From Utricularia gibba (lineage: Eukaryota; Plantae; Magnoliophyta), in NCBI GenBank assembly GCA_002189035.1, contig NEEC01000004.1, positions 5,603,866 through 5,667,865 of the forward strand: a stretch of DNA of 64,000 nt, given 5' to 3'. Numbering within the stretch: the first letter of the stretch is position 1; the number at the start of each line of letters is the position of its first letter. The translations under genes and the position numbers were made by a program. The notes beneath the pieces were generated by a model. The model ran no database searches and was not told where the DNA came from. It worked only from the letters and a program-made list of their open reading frames with translations. This document shows positions 1 through 16,664 of this stretch, piece by piece.

Positions 1-47
1 GGCTGTCTCTTGGGGCCTGACGTGGTTTAATTTTGTGACCTCTACAG

Positions 48-1205
48 GCAATGGCTACCCAAAATAAAGAACAAGCCCGGAAACTGTTGGTAGCCATGCC
101 AAACCTGGCAAAGGCTCTCTTTCAGGCAATCCAATTTTTTAATGCGGGTCTTCTCATACACAAAAACATTTTAGTATCATGCCTCTGATGATGCTCCCTT
201 TCTAACCATTGAGAATCATATTCTTGAATCCACCTTGATGCAGGTAGAAATCATGCTGGGAATGGCTTCCTCACAATTGGTTTGGACACCATATTTTGAT
301 TTTTCGTTATTCCTTAGTTTCATGTACTCATCTTTTAAAGTCTAGGCGGGTGCATTTTGTGTCATATGCAGTTGATGGTGGCAAGTTCTTCTCAACCAGC
401 ACCTCAGTCTTCAACACAATCTGTTCAAACTCACACTGGGCTGCCTCCTCTTCCAGCAAACAAGATGCAGTCAGCTATGCAAGGTCAGGAAAGCCGCATA
501 ACTACTGGCCTACTAAACCACCAGTATGCTGCGGTTAAGCAGCCTCAAACACCGGTTGTACTGAATTCAGTTCTTCAAACTGGTGACTCGGGTATTCCAT
601 CCAAGCATCCTGGTGTGTCAACTTCCTCTTTCACCCAACAAGCACATCATCCTTCTCTGCTTATGCGCTCCCAGATTTCTTCCGGAAGTATCCAGGTTTT
701 ATAACTGAATTAGAAAGTGCGCTCCTTTTGTAGTAACAGATTATTTTCTTTAAATCGCGCTAAGTTTTGTGTGTGTGTCCCGTGCACCTTTCTTTACAGC
801 CAGCCTCAACATCGTCTACAATACCAGGGAACATGGATGTCTCAGGGTATAATTTAGTCACTGATGGAACAACACGACTATTCCACAGCAGCACAGACCA
901 ACTGGGGAGAGCAGAAAAGTTGATGAGGTTGAATGATGGAAGAGCTACTTCTTCGCCATCCACACAGGCTCCTCAGGTGCGTGAGATCTTTTTCTGCGTT
1001 TGGCTTTTTATGTATGGATAATCAAGTTGTAAGCTCATGACATCGGGATTTGTCGTTGGTCATACAGATACAGCTTCCGCGGGATGTTGATTCTGTGTTG
1101 CTTCAGCAGGTTATGAGTCTCACAGCAGAGCAGCTAGGCTCGTTGCCCCCTGAGGAACGGCTGAAAGTGATGAAACTTCAGCAGGTGCTCCGACAGGTGC
1201 GGTAG
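48..1205 (+). CDS. CSTF64: Cleavage stimulation factor 64 kDa subunit, 3' part (5' exons lie upstream of the window)
   Basis: Exons 48-125, 244-279, 371-695, 800-976 and 1068-1205 splice in frame. AMATQNKEQARKLLVAMPNLAKALFQ matches the hinge region and LLQQVMSLTAEQLGSLPPEERLKVMKLQQVL matches the CSTF C-terminal domain of plant CstF-64. Confidence 0.9.
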
Positions 1206-1650
1206 AATGTGCCCGCTGGCGCCCCCCAAGCTCGTGTAATATTCAGTTGCTAGCGTCTCGTTATACAACGTAGAAAATGAAAGTTTTTTTCCCAGCGACA
1301 ACTCCTAGCCCCCCTGTTTGCGGTAGCCACAACTCCACATAGATGATTTTACTCGACTTGAATAATCATGCTAAATTTCCAAAACGACCATGATGATCAT
1401 CATTATACAAAGTACATCGGGCACACACATGATCAATTGGATTGTCGGGATTTTGGATGCAACTTATAAGAGCAAATGAAGTTGACGCCATTTTTTATGG
1501 GATGGGAAAAAGGTTTGAGGCAGGGGTGGGGCTTGGTATGTCGACCACGTAATTGTATGTTGTGTGGTACGCCTGTAACCTCGTCGTGAATGGGGGGCTG
1601 GGGTTCACTCACAGGTAACACCCCCTCATGCTCCTGTGAGTTGCTCGTCA

Positions 1651-4282
1651 ATGGCGTCATCTCCGGAGGGTCAAGGCGGTGAGGATGATGATCAACAACT
1701 ATCCCCACCGGCGGTGTATCCCAGCCCCCACCCAATGATTCTTCTTCTGCTCCTCCACTTGTTCCACCAGGCACTCCACCGCCACCATCATCATCAGAAT
1801 CACCACCCCCTGCACCCCCGGCATCATCTCCACCTGCTCCATCAACGTCTCCTCCTCCACCTCCGCCACCACATGATGACTCTGAGGCTTCACCTCCTCC
1901 TCCTTCCACTTCACCACCTCAACCCACATTTTCCCCTCCGCCTCATGACTCACCCCCGTCTCCATCTGTGCCATTGTTATCGCCTCCAGATGGTCATCCC
2001 TCTCCTCCATCCAGCAGTCTGCCTCCCTCGCCTCCTATCATCATCAACACTTCCCCACCTCCTCCTGCATCGATTGGTTCCCCACCATCCACACCACTCA
2101 GTTCTCCATCTCCTCCTTCTATGGCACCTCCGTCAGGCCCTTCTCGAGGAGGCGGGTCTCCTGGTTCTTCATCTCAACCAAGTGGTGATCCTCCATCTCC
2201 TGGCTCGAATTCAAATGAAGGAGTCATCATTGCTGGCATCATAGTTGCAGGAATGGTGATCGTTGCCTTACTCCTCCTGTTGATGTGTACCAGGAGAAAG
2301 AAGAAATCAACCTATTACACGAATCCTGTAGCTCCGCACAGAGGTGAGAATCTCAATTTTTGATAAGAAAAGGAAAAGTATGCAGCATAAACTACATCCC
2401 CTGTTATCTTCGCAATGCCTGTAGCTGCCGATCAATATTACAAGGACAAGAACCAATGGAACAGTCCACATCCCGGCGACCAAGTTGTAAACATTCCTCC
2501 GTCAGGATTCATGGGAACCCCTGTGGGTGGTGGAGGCGGAGGCGATCGGGGTGCACCACCAGCATTATATACCAGTATTGAGTTTAGTTCCAACTTTTCG
2601 GGTCAGCATCAAACTCCTGGTGTAGCACCATCACCGATTGCCGGAGGCATTACCCAATTCACGTACCAAGACTTGGCTGTGGCCAGTGGTGGATTTTCAC
2701 CAACGAATCTGTTGGGCCAAGGAGGGTTTGGATTAGTCCACAAAGGCATTTTGTCCGATAGAAGAGAAGTAGCCATTAAGAGTCTCAAGGCCGGCAGTGG
2801 CCAAGGGGAGAGAGAATTTCAGGCCGAAGTCGAAATCATCAGCCGCGTTCATCACCGCCACCTCGTCTCCCTCGTAGGGTACTGCATCGCCAATGGACAA
2901 AGAATGCTTGTCTACGAATTCGTCCCCAACAAGACACTGGAATTTCATCTCCACGGTAACATGATTGCATCCTTCCTTAGGAAGACCAAGAAAAAGGTCA
3001 ATTTCGCAACCGTTGTTCATTATATTTGACGATCATCTGTAAGGGTTCGCAGGAAAGGGTCAACCGGTGATGGATTGGACGACTAGGCTTCGCATTGCCG
3101 TGGGTTCTGCTAAAGGGCTGGCCTATTTGCATGAAGACTGTATGACTTGTCATTTTATAGTTCAGCATTATCCATGATACAGAGTTTGTGTTTCATCCTC
3201 GCCTCACCGGGAGTTTCTCGTCTCTGGTTGCAGGCAACCCACGGATCATTCACCGTGATATCAAAGCTGCCAACATTCTCCTTGACCACAATTTCGAAGC
3301 TATGGTACTACACTGACAACAACACAGCACTAAAATTCTCAGTTCTTCGAGAAAGATCTCACCTTAGTCTTCCCCAGGTAGCAGATTTCGGTCTGGCTAA
3401 ACTCACTTCTGATAACAACACTCATGTCTTTACTCGAGTAATGGGGACTTTCGGGTAACTAAATCTAGAAGCTTTGCATTTTAACTTCCATCAAATAGCA
3501 GCAGATGATATAAAAATTTTGTTTGAATCTCAGATATTTGGCCCCAGAGTACGCATCAAGCGGTAAGCTGACTGAGAAGTCAGACGTTTTCTCGTTTGGG
3601 GTGATGCTGTTAGAGCTGATAACAGGCCGGAGACCCGTAGACGTCACTAATGTAGCCATGGAAGACAGTTTAGTAGATTGGGTTAGTTCTCGACATAACA
3701 TTTGTCTGTATCCCGATCTTTCATGTGCTCTATCTTCACAATTTGAGTTCATATTCAGGCACGGCCTCTTCTCACCAAAGCCATGGAAAATGGAGATTAC
3801 AGTGAATTGGTTGATCCTCGTCTCGGAGACAACTACATCCAGGAAGAGCTAGCGCACATGGCTTCCTGCGCTGCTGCCAGCATCCGCCACTCTTCCAGAC
3901 GGCGGCCGAAAATGAGCCAGGTCCATAGTCAAAATAGTTGGATCATAATGCCAAAGCAAATCATTATCAGTAGTTAGAGAGAGCGTTGCTGTTGCAGATT
4001 GTGCGGGCTCTAGAGGGAGATTCTTCCTTGGATGACCCGAACGAGGGCGTGACGCAAGGGCATAGCGTGGTGTGCAACCCGATCGGGGGTACAGAAGCAT
4101 ACGACACGAGAGCGTACAACGCAGACATGATGAAATTCAGGAAGATGGTGATATCGAGTCAAGATCCCGACAGCAGCCAGTACGGAACCACCAGCGAGTA
4201 TGGCCTCAATCCGTCTTTCTCAAGCGACGAGAGCGGCACACAAACCCCAGAAACGAGGAGCTTTAGCCGACCAATGCATTGA
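1651..4282 (+). CDS. PERK4: Proline-rich extensin-like receptor kinase, PERK4-like, with an apparent 1-nt frameshift near 1725-1729
   Basis: Starts MASSPE, then a Pro/Ser-rich ectodomain, a TM helix ([21 protein letters not shown]) followed by RRKKK, and a multi-exon kinase with [33 protein letters not shown] and [20 protein letters not shown]. The C-terminal [10 protein letters not shown] is typical of PERKs. Confidence 0.9.
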
Positions 4283-4430
4283 AACGGCACAGACCCAACT
4301 CAAAAACCACCATTCAAACTGGGGCTGTGTTGCACGCGGCCATGCCATCCATCAAGCAACATTAGAAAAAAGCAAACAAACCAAGCGCCACCAGTCTTTT
4401 CCTACGAGGCTGGGCATATAAAAAGTGCCC

Positions 4431-4514
4431 ATTTTTTTCAGAGTTGACTAAGAAAGTCCTAATCTGTGGTCGATTTTTTTCAGAGATGACTAAAAAAGTC
4501 CTAATCTGTGGTCG
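4431..4514. repeat. 42-bp tandem duplication (2 copies, 2 mismatches) between PERK4 and SDH1
   Basis: atttttttcagagttgactaagaaagtcctaatctgtggtcg is followed directly by atttttttcagagatgactaaaaaagtcctaatctgtggtcg. Confidence 0.9.
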
Positions 4515-4824
4515 GTGTCAATTGCATACCATTCAGGTGATGGTAACTATCAGAACCCAACTTTCAAGATAGATTCGGGAACTAGTTGTGTCTACTAGCG
4601 AGACACGTTTGGGTTTTAACTGTGTGGAATTGTAGCGGGCCGTGTAGCCCATAGGCTCCGTTTCAGGAGGACCCGGAACCGAGGATTGATCTAGACATAA
4701 AAGACACCTTACTACAACCGGAAAGGATTTAGGAGCGATCATCGAAGCCCATTGTTGATGTGCATCTGCACTAGATCATTGCCTGTCTAGTACGCTCGCT
4801 GTTGTTGCTGTGTGGTGAGTACAG

Positions 4825-8648
<3,824 letters not shown>

Positions 8649-9135
8649 GAATGATGGTTACACACACTAGAGTGTTGACTTCCATTCATCAGAGCCTGCT
8701 GGGAGCTGCTACGCGAATGCTTAAAATAAGGTGAAATTCGGAATAATTGTGGATGGGCTCTGTAACTTCAGAAGCAAACATCTGCAGTAGTTTATCTACC
8801 ATTGATATTTGTCTCCTATGGCGTGCTTTACGGTGATCACTTCCCTGACTGATTTCGATGTCTCTGAGATGAATAATCTTACGCTACTGGAAAGCAGGCT
8901 AGCTGCTACAACTCCTGCAGGAACAAGATCAGCAAACCGGAACCAAAAGACCCGTTCACCTTTATTCAAAAGCAAGTTTTCCTGAGTCAACAACCCCGCT
9001 ACAAAGCCTTCTGGCGGCCTAAGGCATGGCATATGGTAATAAGTTTAACTACCAGACGGATGCGTTACGTGAGCAGTAATCAAATGCACAGGAGTGAGAG
9101 TTCAAGAATGTTTACTGGCTCCGAGGCGCAATACC

Positions 9136-9444
9136 TTATTTCGATCTCTTCCCCTCCTTCTTCTTGATAACTTCATCGACATACATGATTCCTTTCCCTT
9201 TGTAAACCTCTGGGGGCTTGCAACTCCGAACCGCAGCAGCGAATTGGTGTACCCTTCCCTTATCGATTCCAGTGCAGCAAATGACATTGTTCTTGAAGCA
9301 AAATACGCGTACAGCGGGAGGCACAGTCAACTCAACCTCGTGGCTGTAGCCGAGCTTAAGGTACAACAGACGCCCCTCTGCCTCTGCTCTAGCCTTGAAA
9401 CCCACTCCGACCATCTTAAGGAACCGAAAGAACTTTGATTCCAT
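9136..9444 (-). CDS. RPL6: Mitochondrial ribosomal protein L6 (short plant form, 102 aa); 5' UTR intron at about 9611-10065
   Basis: Single ORF with LKLGYSH and PPEVYKGKGI, the L6 C-terminal signature. An upstream non-coding exon is flanked by GT/AG. Confidence 0.93.
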   Translation of the reverse strand: MESKFFRFLKMVGVGFKARAEAEGRLLYLKLGYSHEVELTVPPAVRVFCFKNNVICCTGIDKGRVHQFAAAVRSCKPPEVYKGKGIMYVDEVIKKKEGKRSK

Positions 9445-10242
9445 TACTCTGATACCACGGGAACGTTGTACAACATGTTAACGATGACCATGAACGAAGC
9501 AACACTACAAGGCATTGTTTTCTCTACCTTACCAAATCTTGATCTTGCACTTCTCAAGAGCACCTAGTTTCAAGTCTCACTGAAACCAACTTGATGGCAC
9601 ACTGGTCACCTGCAGGACAAGAACTTTTTCTAGAAACAATGTAAAACTCTTCAAGGGAGATGAGACTTTAGAATAAGGTTCATGGAACCGCTAATGGCTG
9701 GTAAATGATACAGGCATATGAAAGCAACAGAATGTACAGGCCAACGGGCAACCATGGATAGGACACACTGGTATTTGCATAAACCCATGTGACTACGAGG
9801 AGGAGGCGGAAAACTAAACTACGACAAGGCGAATGCATCGTTAGAATGATATGAAAATACCAAATCTGGCTTTCATTTAGTCGAAACTCATTTTTTGCAT
9901 TCGAGTCGAGATGCATATCAGCTACAGGAAATCCCAAAAAAAAAAAAAAAAAATTCTGTAGTGGCGCTGGGCTAGACGCATTCCAAAGTAAATCAAATAA
10001 CGACACAATTTCGGCATCATTGTGTCAAACAGTTGGTGATCATAAAGAAATTACCTCAGGGAAAAGGTCAAAACAACAGTGATGATGGAGACGTGCAGGT
10101 GTACAATTTCACGGCGTTGAAAGCCAGAGAAATGATCGTTTGAAGTGTCTCTACCCCCCATGTACGGCTGACGGAAAACCCACATCCCTCGGAAAAGGTC
10201 GCGCCTGCGCTTGAGCTTGAGCCTGAGCAGCGTTAAATGGAC

Positions 10243-10383
10243 TGGGCCCAAGTCGGTCAATGGGTAAGAATGCAAGGCCCCCATAGATAATGGACTTTCC
10301 GGCTCATTTACTAACATCAAAGGAAGCTCGGCCCATACCAATTTATGGGCTCCCTCCTCTCGCAGCCCATTTTTTCTAGCCCA
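10243..10383. promoter_or_regulatory. Cluster of site II elements (TGGGCY/RGCCCA) in the divergent RPL6-ATG4 promoter
   Basis: TGGGCC/GGCCCA at 10243-10250, GGCCCA at 10330, TGGGCT at 10346, and AGCCCA at 10364 and 10378. Site II motifs (TCP-bound) are established promoter elements of plant mitochondrial and ribosomal protein genes. Confidence 0.6.
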
Positions 10384-10645
10384 AAATAAGTGTTACTAGA
10401 ATTATAATAACAAATTACATATTCCGAGCCCGCCCCTGCAAACCTTATTTGAGTTCCTTCTTTCGGTTCGGTCCCATTTGTAAGGTTAGGCGGAGTCGGT
10501 TGTGCCCGGGGGCTACCTCTGTATGTATCCTTTTTCTTTGTCGCCCAGCTATAGTATAATTTCCCAGGAATAGGAGATGATGGAACTCGTGTCTACATGC
10601 CTAGAAATTCTTGAATTCCAAGTTTACTCATATCTTAATTAGTTG

Positions 10646-13294
10646 ATGAAGGGCTGTGGGGAGATCAAAAGTGATCTGATTCACAGTTCCGGGAGCGAAG
10701 AGTTGCACTTTGGCAATTTTCCGATAATAGATTTGGGTTCCGTCTCATCTGAGGCGGAGAAAGGTGCCGAGAACTGTAAGCACCGAAACTCTGCATCTAT
10801 TTGGACTGGAATTTGGCCTCCGTCATTACCATTTTTTAGGGATTCCGGTTGTGCCCGCTTCCCAAGCGAATCCAAAATTTCTGCTAGTAGCGGACATCAT
10901 AGGGGAAGGTCGTTGTTTGGAAAGAACCATCATGACGGGTGGAAGTCAGCCATTAGGCGTGTTGTGATGAACGGTGGATCGATGAGAAGAATCTGGGGCT
11001 TTAGTAGGACGTGGGCTTCAGCTTCCAAGGCTGAAATTTGGCTTTTGGGAGTTTGTTATCAGGTATCTCAGGAAGGTGATGAATGTAATGACCCAACTCA
11101 GAGTGAGGGGTTTTGTGCTTTTGTCGAGGACTTCTCTTCAAGGATTTGGATTACATATCGCAAGGGTACTTTTTGAGATAGCGATATATTGTTGTGATAT
11201 TGCGGAAAATAATACTCATGTGCCGTTTTTCAGGGTTTTCACCCATTGGGGACTCAAAATACTCTAGCGATGCCAACTGGGGATGCATGCTTCGAAGTAG
11301 CCAGATGCTTGTTGCTCAGGTTTCAGTCTCTGCTGTTTCTTGTTCATGCAAAATTTTCTCTGTTGTCACGAGTCCTCATTTTTCCCCGTTGGCTCAGGCG
11401 TTTCTATTTCTTAAACTGGGAAGGTCATGGAGGAAGCCTTGTGAGAAGGTATAGCAACGGGCATAAGAGTTTTCTTCCCTTGTCTTATGAATTTTCCATA
11501 TTGGGAGATTTTATCGAACTGCCATAGCTAGTTCACATGCTAGTAAAAAAGGTTAAAGATTGTTTCTTCTCTTGACAGCCTTACGACCACTTAGACTTAC
11601 TGCAACTTTTTGGTGATTCTGAGGAATCACCTTGTTCTATACACAATCTTCTTAAAGCCGGTATGGCTTATGGTCTTTCTCCTGGATCATGGGTTGGGCC
11701 ATATGCGATGTGCCGGGCTTGGGAGTGTTTGCTGAGGAATTCAAACAATGAATTCCTTGGCTCAATGATGGCTTTGCATGTGGTTTCTGGTGATGAAGAT
11801 GGTGAAAGAGGTGGTGCACCAGTGCTTTGCACGGAGGATGTATCTAGGCGGTGTTATGAGTTCAGTAGAAGCCAAATGGATTGGGCACCTATCCTGTTGT
11901 TGGTTCCTTTGGTTCTTGGATTAGAGAAGATCAATCCTAGGTAAGTATTGTTTTCTAGGGAGTGCAACTTAAAGCTTAAATACATTGGATTCATAGACCA
12001 TTCAAGTGTGGAAATATTGTTGTCTTTGTCTGGCACTGCATCTTAAACGAATTCAGTGTTTAGAGGGTAGTATTTATACAGTTAGTATGTGTAGTTTCCA
12101 TTCTCACAGTAAATCTCACAGTAAATTAGATTTCCATTCTCAGGTAGGTATGTGTATCTAAAATGTGCTGCTTTACTCAGGTACATTCCATTGCTCAGTG
12201 CTACATTCACATTTCCCCAGAGCCTTGGCATTTTGGGTGGTAGACCGGGCGCCTCAACTTACATTGTTGGAGTGCAAGATGAAAAAGCTATCTATCTTGA
12301 TCCACATGATATCCAGCAGGTTTCTTATCATTTTACTTCAGAAGGTTTCTATTTTGACGTTATTGCTTGCTGAGTGTTGCATGATAACCATTGTGTTTTG
12401 TTTTTCACGAACCACTGCACAACATGAAATTCCGCCAACTTTTTGTAATGTTGGAATTATTTGTAAGTGGCCCATCTCAATGATCATGGTTCATATTTCT
12501 CTGCTCCCTGCTTACCTGAAAGGCGCATTCTAATTTGTTTAACAAGTTCTGTCGAGTTCTTTATTGCCCCATTGTTGCTGGTGCCCTGTCATTATGTTAG
12601 AACTGAGGCCTCTTCTCTTTCCATTTTTTCCTGATTTTTGAAAGGAATACAGTGGGAATGGATCTAAATGTATTTAATTTTATCATTTACAAACTTATTT
12701 TCGCTGTTCCTTATGTGAGAAATAGCCTGAAACTTATACTCCACGATGGAATGTGTAGCTTGGCTTTGCCTGTGATTTCTTGTTCTTGCTTTCAGGCGGT
12801 GGACATGCACAAGGGTGACGTAGATTCAGGCATCTTGACGTACCATTGCAAGTAGGTGATTCCTGCCGGTTAAATGACATCATACAGTGAATAAAAAACA
12901 TATATATCTTTGGTCTAAACTAACGTTGCATTTGTTCGCACGTGGTTTCTGCTTTCAGTGTTGTGCGGCAAATGCCTCTGAATTCAATCGATTCATCCCT
13001 GGCAGTGGGATTTTTTTGCAGGGACAAGAGTATGGCCAGGCTCCATTTTTCTTTTTTCTCTCTAACTCTTGGGTGTGATTGTCATGAGCTGAACGAATTT
13101 ATTGAACAGGCGACTTTGATGATTTCTGTTCACGTGCATCAGAACTCATGAATGAATCAAATGGTGCCCCACTGTTCACAATCAGTTCCTCGAGAACCGA
13201 AAATAATGCTACCCCCACAATACGAGATGATGATATCGTCGATGGGCTGGGCAGCTATGAACAGCCACAAGAAGATGACTGGCAGCTGGTTTGA
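10646..13294 (+). CDS. ATG4: Cysteine protease ATG4 (autophagy)
   Basis: SDANWGCMLRSSQM (catalytic Cys), YLDPHD (Asp/His of the triad) and terminal EDDWQLV* (C-terminal LIR-like motif). Exons are in phase. Confidence 0.96.
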
Positions 13295-13889
13295 TCTCAG
13301 AAAAAAAGTTGATGATTCGTCAGCCTCTCAATGGTCACGTTTGTAGTTGATGAGTTCTGGGTTGCTTGCTTTAAGCTGTGAAGAAAGGTGGTCAGTTATA
13401 CAGCGGCCACGGTGTCACCTCATATCAAGGTTGGATGAATCCATTTCATTTGGTTTACTCATGCCATGGTTTGTATTGTTTTATTTTATTGAAACTGGAT
13501 GGATGGGGATATGGTATCCTCCGATTGATTTGATTTGATTCTCCCAGCCGGATGTATATATGTCCAAGATGCTTTGTCTTCTTAAGAATGGTTATACGGA
13601 ATTTATGTGTTTCTTGATGATGAATTCACTGCAGCATCCTTCGGGGCGTTTGACAACTTCAAATTTGATAGCAACTACACCAGTTAAAACTGCTGCCAAC
13701 CTCCATCTGCAATAATAAAAAAATGTATACTCGAAATGGTAGTATATATGGAAATGGCTCAGGCCGTTGCAAGACTTTGGTTGTCTGTATCCTCTACCGA
13801 GCTGATCTAGAGTGTAGACAAAATATCAGGCATTAATCTAGAGTTGATCATCCTTTTTTTTCGTATTCAGAATGGTGCGTTTGTAGTGG

Positions 13890-16664
13890 TTATTCAGAGT
13901 CGACCAACAGATCATCAAATGCAACGAGAGATTTCAGCTGCTGGCTCAGGGAAGCAATTGTCTTCTGGCACTCGGCGAAATTACGGGCGACTACCTCAAG
14001 TTCTTTGTCCTGCATCAATGATGATTGGCAGGCAGAATGATTACTTGTGAAACCAAATTAGTTAGAGCCTTGAAGAGTTGAAGGAGACTTAAGTTCGATG
14101 ATGTGTCAACCGAAACCAAATTATCATGTACCTGCGTGAGTCGACACTCTGCTAAGATGACTGGTTTCTGGGACTGAGAGTCTTGCTGCATTCTTGATAT
14201 TTCAGCTTCTAATCTGATACACTTAGCGGCTGCTTCTCTCGAAAACTGGCTTTCCTTCTCCACTTGTTTTTCTAGGTTAGAGATTGTGGACTGCAATGTC
14301 TGAAGCTTGATTTCCATCTCATTCACTTGTTTTTCTGCCTCCATTTTCTTCATCTTCGTGTCCTCCAGTTGCATCTTAGTGATTCTAATCTCTTCCGCAA
14401 GCGCTGATGTCTCTGACTGAGAATCAGATTTCATTTTTGGGATTTCAACTTCCAAAGTGTTGCAAGTTGCTGCAGCTTGCTCACAAGCTTTTACCTCGAT
14501 GACTGACTCTGATTCTGCCTTTTTGCTTGCATCCTCGAGCTGCATCGCTAATTCGTTTTTTACAGCAATTGCTTCATTCAGCTGAAAATGGAATCTTTGA
14601 GACTTTTTCTCAGCTTCATCAAGAAGCTTAGTCATGTTCTCGAGCTTTATCACTGAATCAGCTAGTTCTTTACTAATTTCCTTCTTCTCTTCGTCAGCCA
14701 GTGTGAGCTGCTTTTCCATATCAATTAATTTTTCTTCAGTTCGTTTGAGGTGATTCATGGACACCTTGAGCTCACTTTGGCACTTACCCAGAGCAATCTT
14801 CAGACTGAGTTTATCAGCAGTCACACTCCTTAAATTTTCCTCCAGCTCAGTTGTTCTCATAATTCCATGTTCCTCTTCACACTGCAGAGCATTTTCGGTA
14901 GCTAGGAGACATCCAGGTTGTGTCTCCGGGAAGGCTGCTGCTAGCCTCTCCATTTCCAGAAAATCATCCATCACATCAATCTCCACAGAAGTAACTGTCG
15001 TGCTTCCGACTGCTGTTCCATTCGTAAGCTGTTTCAAGTCTATCGCAGAGGATAAGTTAGCAGCACAATGCTCATTATCTATTGGCTCTGGTACACATGA
15101 CTTGCAGATATCATTGTCAATATACAGTATCCTCTCTCCACTGTCTGATTGACTGTCTGTGAATGATTCCGCACACACTGATGATTCAGTCACTGAGTGG
15201 CTATTGCTGAGACGAGCTGCTTTTCGGGCCACTGATTTCAATCTACGGCACTCTGCTTCAAGCTTTGCCACCTTCTTGATGGTGTCAATGTAAAGCTTGC
15301 TAGTGTTTTCTGCGGTTTGAATGCTCAGATCTCTCTCCTTGGCCCTCCTCTCCAGCTCCTGATCTTGTGACAGCAACTGGAGTTTGAGGATTGAGTTCTC
15401 TTTCTCAAGAGCTTCAAGCTTGGAGCAGGCATAAGCATCAGGCAAGGTGATGTTGGTATTCACCTTTGCAGTTTCAAGTTGGGAAAGGAGCGCGGCGAGC
15501 TGCGTTTCGAGCTCAGAGGTTTTCGACTCCCACTCACTGTTTCTCTTGGCCACCGCATCGGAAATTTTATCTTCTTGATCGTCTCTTGCTTGCCGAAGCT
15601 GTTGCAGACACTCTTTCAGGGCTCCATCAAGATGGCCAACACGTTCATCAAGGATTAATTTCTCCTGGACTGCGGCATCATTCAGCTTCTTCAGAGCTAA
15701 TACTTCACTCTCAGCCCTCTCCCAGCCTACAACAAGAGAAATTTCATCTCAGTTTTGCAAGCCTTGGCATTTCTGTTGGCAGCAATGATACCTGATACAG
15801 CTTCTTCTGCAACTCTGGCATGCTGCTTAACCAACTCATCCTTGGCACGGATAGTAAGAAGCGCTTCAGATAATTGAGCCTCCAAAGAGGGACTTTGGCT
15901 GCTGGCTTCTTCACGGTCCTCTGGGCATTGGCGGTTACCATGATCTGACGCTGCCTGTACAAACATGCGTTTCAGAATAGAGTGCTCACCCCCAAAACAC
16001 AACAAAATGAGAACCCATTTTGCTACGATACACATAAAATCAAAAGTTGGTTGAATCAGATAAAAACACAGTCGCTATGGAGGTAAGTAACTAAGTGCTG
16101 TGGCTGGAATAAAAAAGGGTGGCTTTTTTTTAGGGGGGAAAAGAAAAGAAAGAGGTTGTCAGTTGTGGTCCATCTTCAACAAGAAACCCGCACTATCTGG
16201 TCCCTTCGTTTCTAGACTGCAACTCACTACAACTCCAGATCTATATCTAGATTCCATTGCTTGTAATTGTGAGTCACGGAGGAATTTAATGGGTCAAGTT
16301 AGTCAATAAACATGCTGATTACAGAGTCCAGAAATACAGCCATCCCTACGACACGGATTCCAGTTCCACTGGAAGGAGAAAAGAAGACGAAGAAGAAAAT
16401 GAAAGGTAAGGCATCCTTGTTATCAACCACACGACCAGGGAAATGAATAGTTTTATAGTATGATGGAAGATCTAGCTAGCATCAAAACCATTTAAGGATG
16501 GATGGTTTCCTTGCGAGAAAGTGGTATGCATGAGAAAGAGCCGGTTTTTGCCAGCGAACCTGATCATCGGAATGTGACAACGAGGACTTTGAAGCATCGT
16601 GGGTTTCACCACTTGGAGTCTCTTCCGAGGGATTCCGCTGCTGGTGCCAACTTCTCTGATCCAT
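13890..16664 (-). CDS. Filament-like plant protein (DUF869 coiled coil; FPP/VETH-like)
   Basis: Exon 1 MDQRSWHQQR...SDDQ, then AKDELVKQHARVAEEAVSGWERAE, GHLDGALKECLQQLR, KKVAKLEAECRRL, MDDFLEMERLA and last exon DKELEVVARNFAECQKTIASLSQQLKSL. These are FPP family signatures. Exons 16664-16560, 15954-15792, 15726-14132 (approx.), 14009-13890. Confidence 0.92.

Noticed and set aside
1433-2244. Long overlapping ORFs (Gly-rich antisense, His/Leu-rich sense) over the PERK ectodomain
   Set aside because: Expected shadows of CCN/TCN-rich Pro/Ser codons. No independent start or splice evidence.
10521-10641. GTATCCTTT resembling a U12 donor in the ATG4 5' UTR
   Set aside because: It overlaps an ordinary GTATGT U2 donor at 10521, and no well-spaced TCCTTAAC branch site was found.
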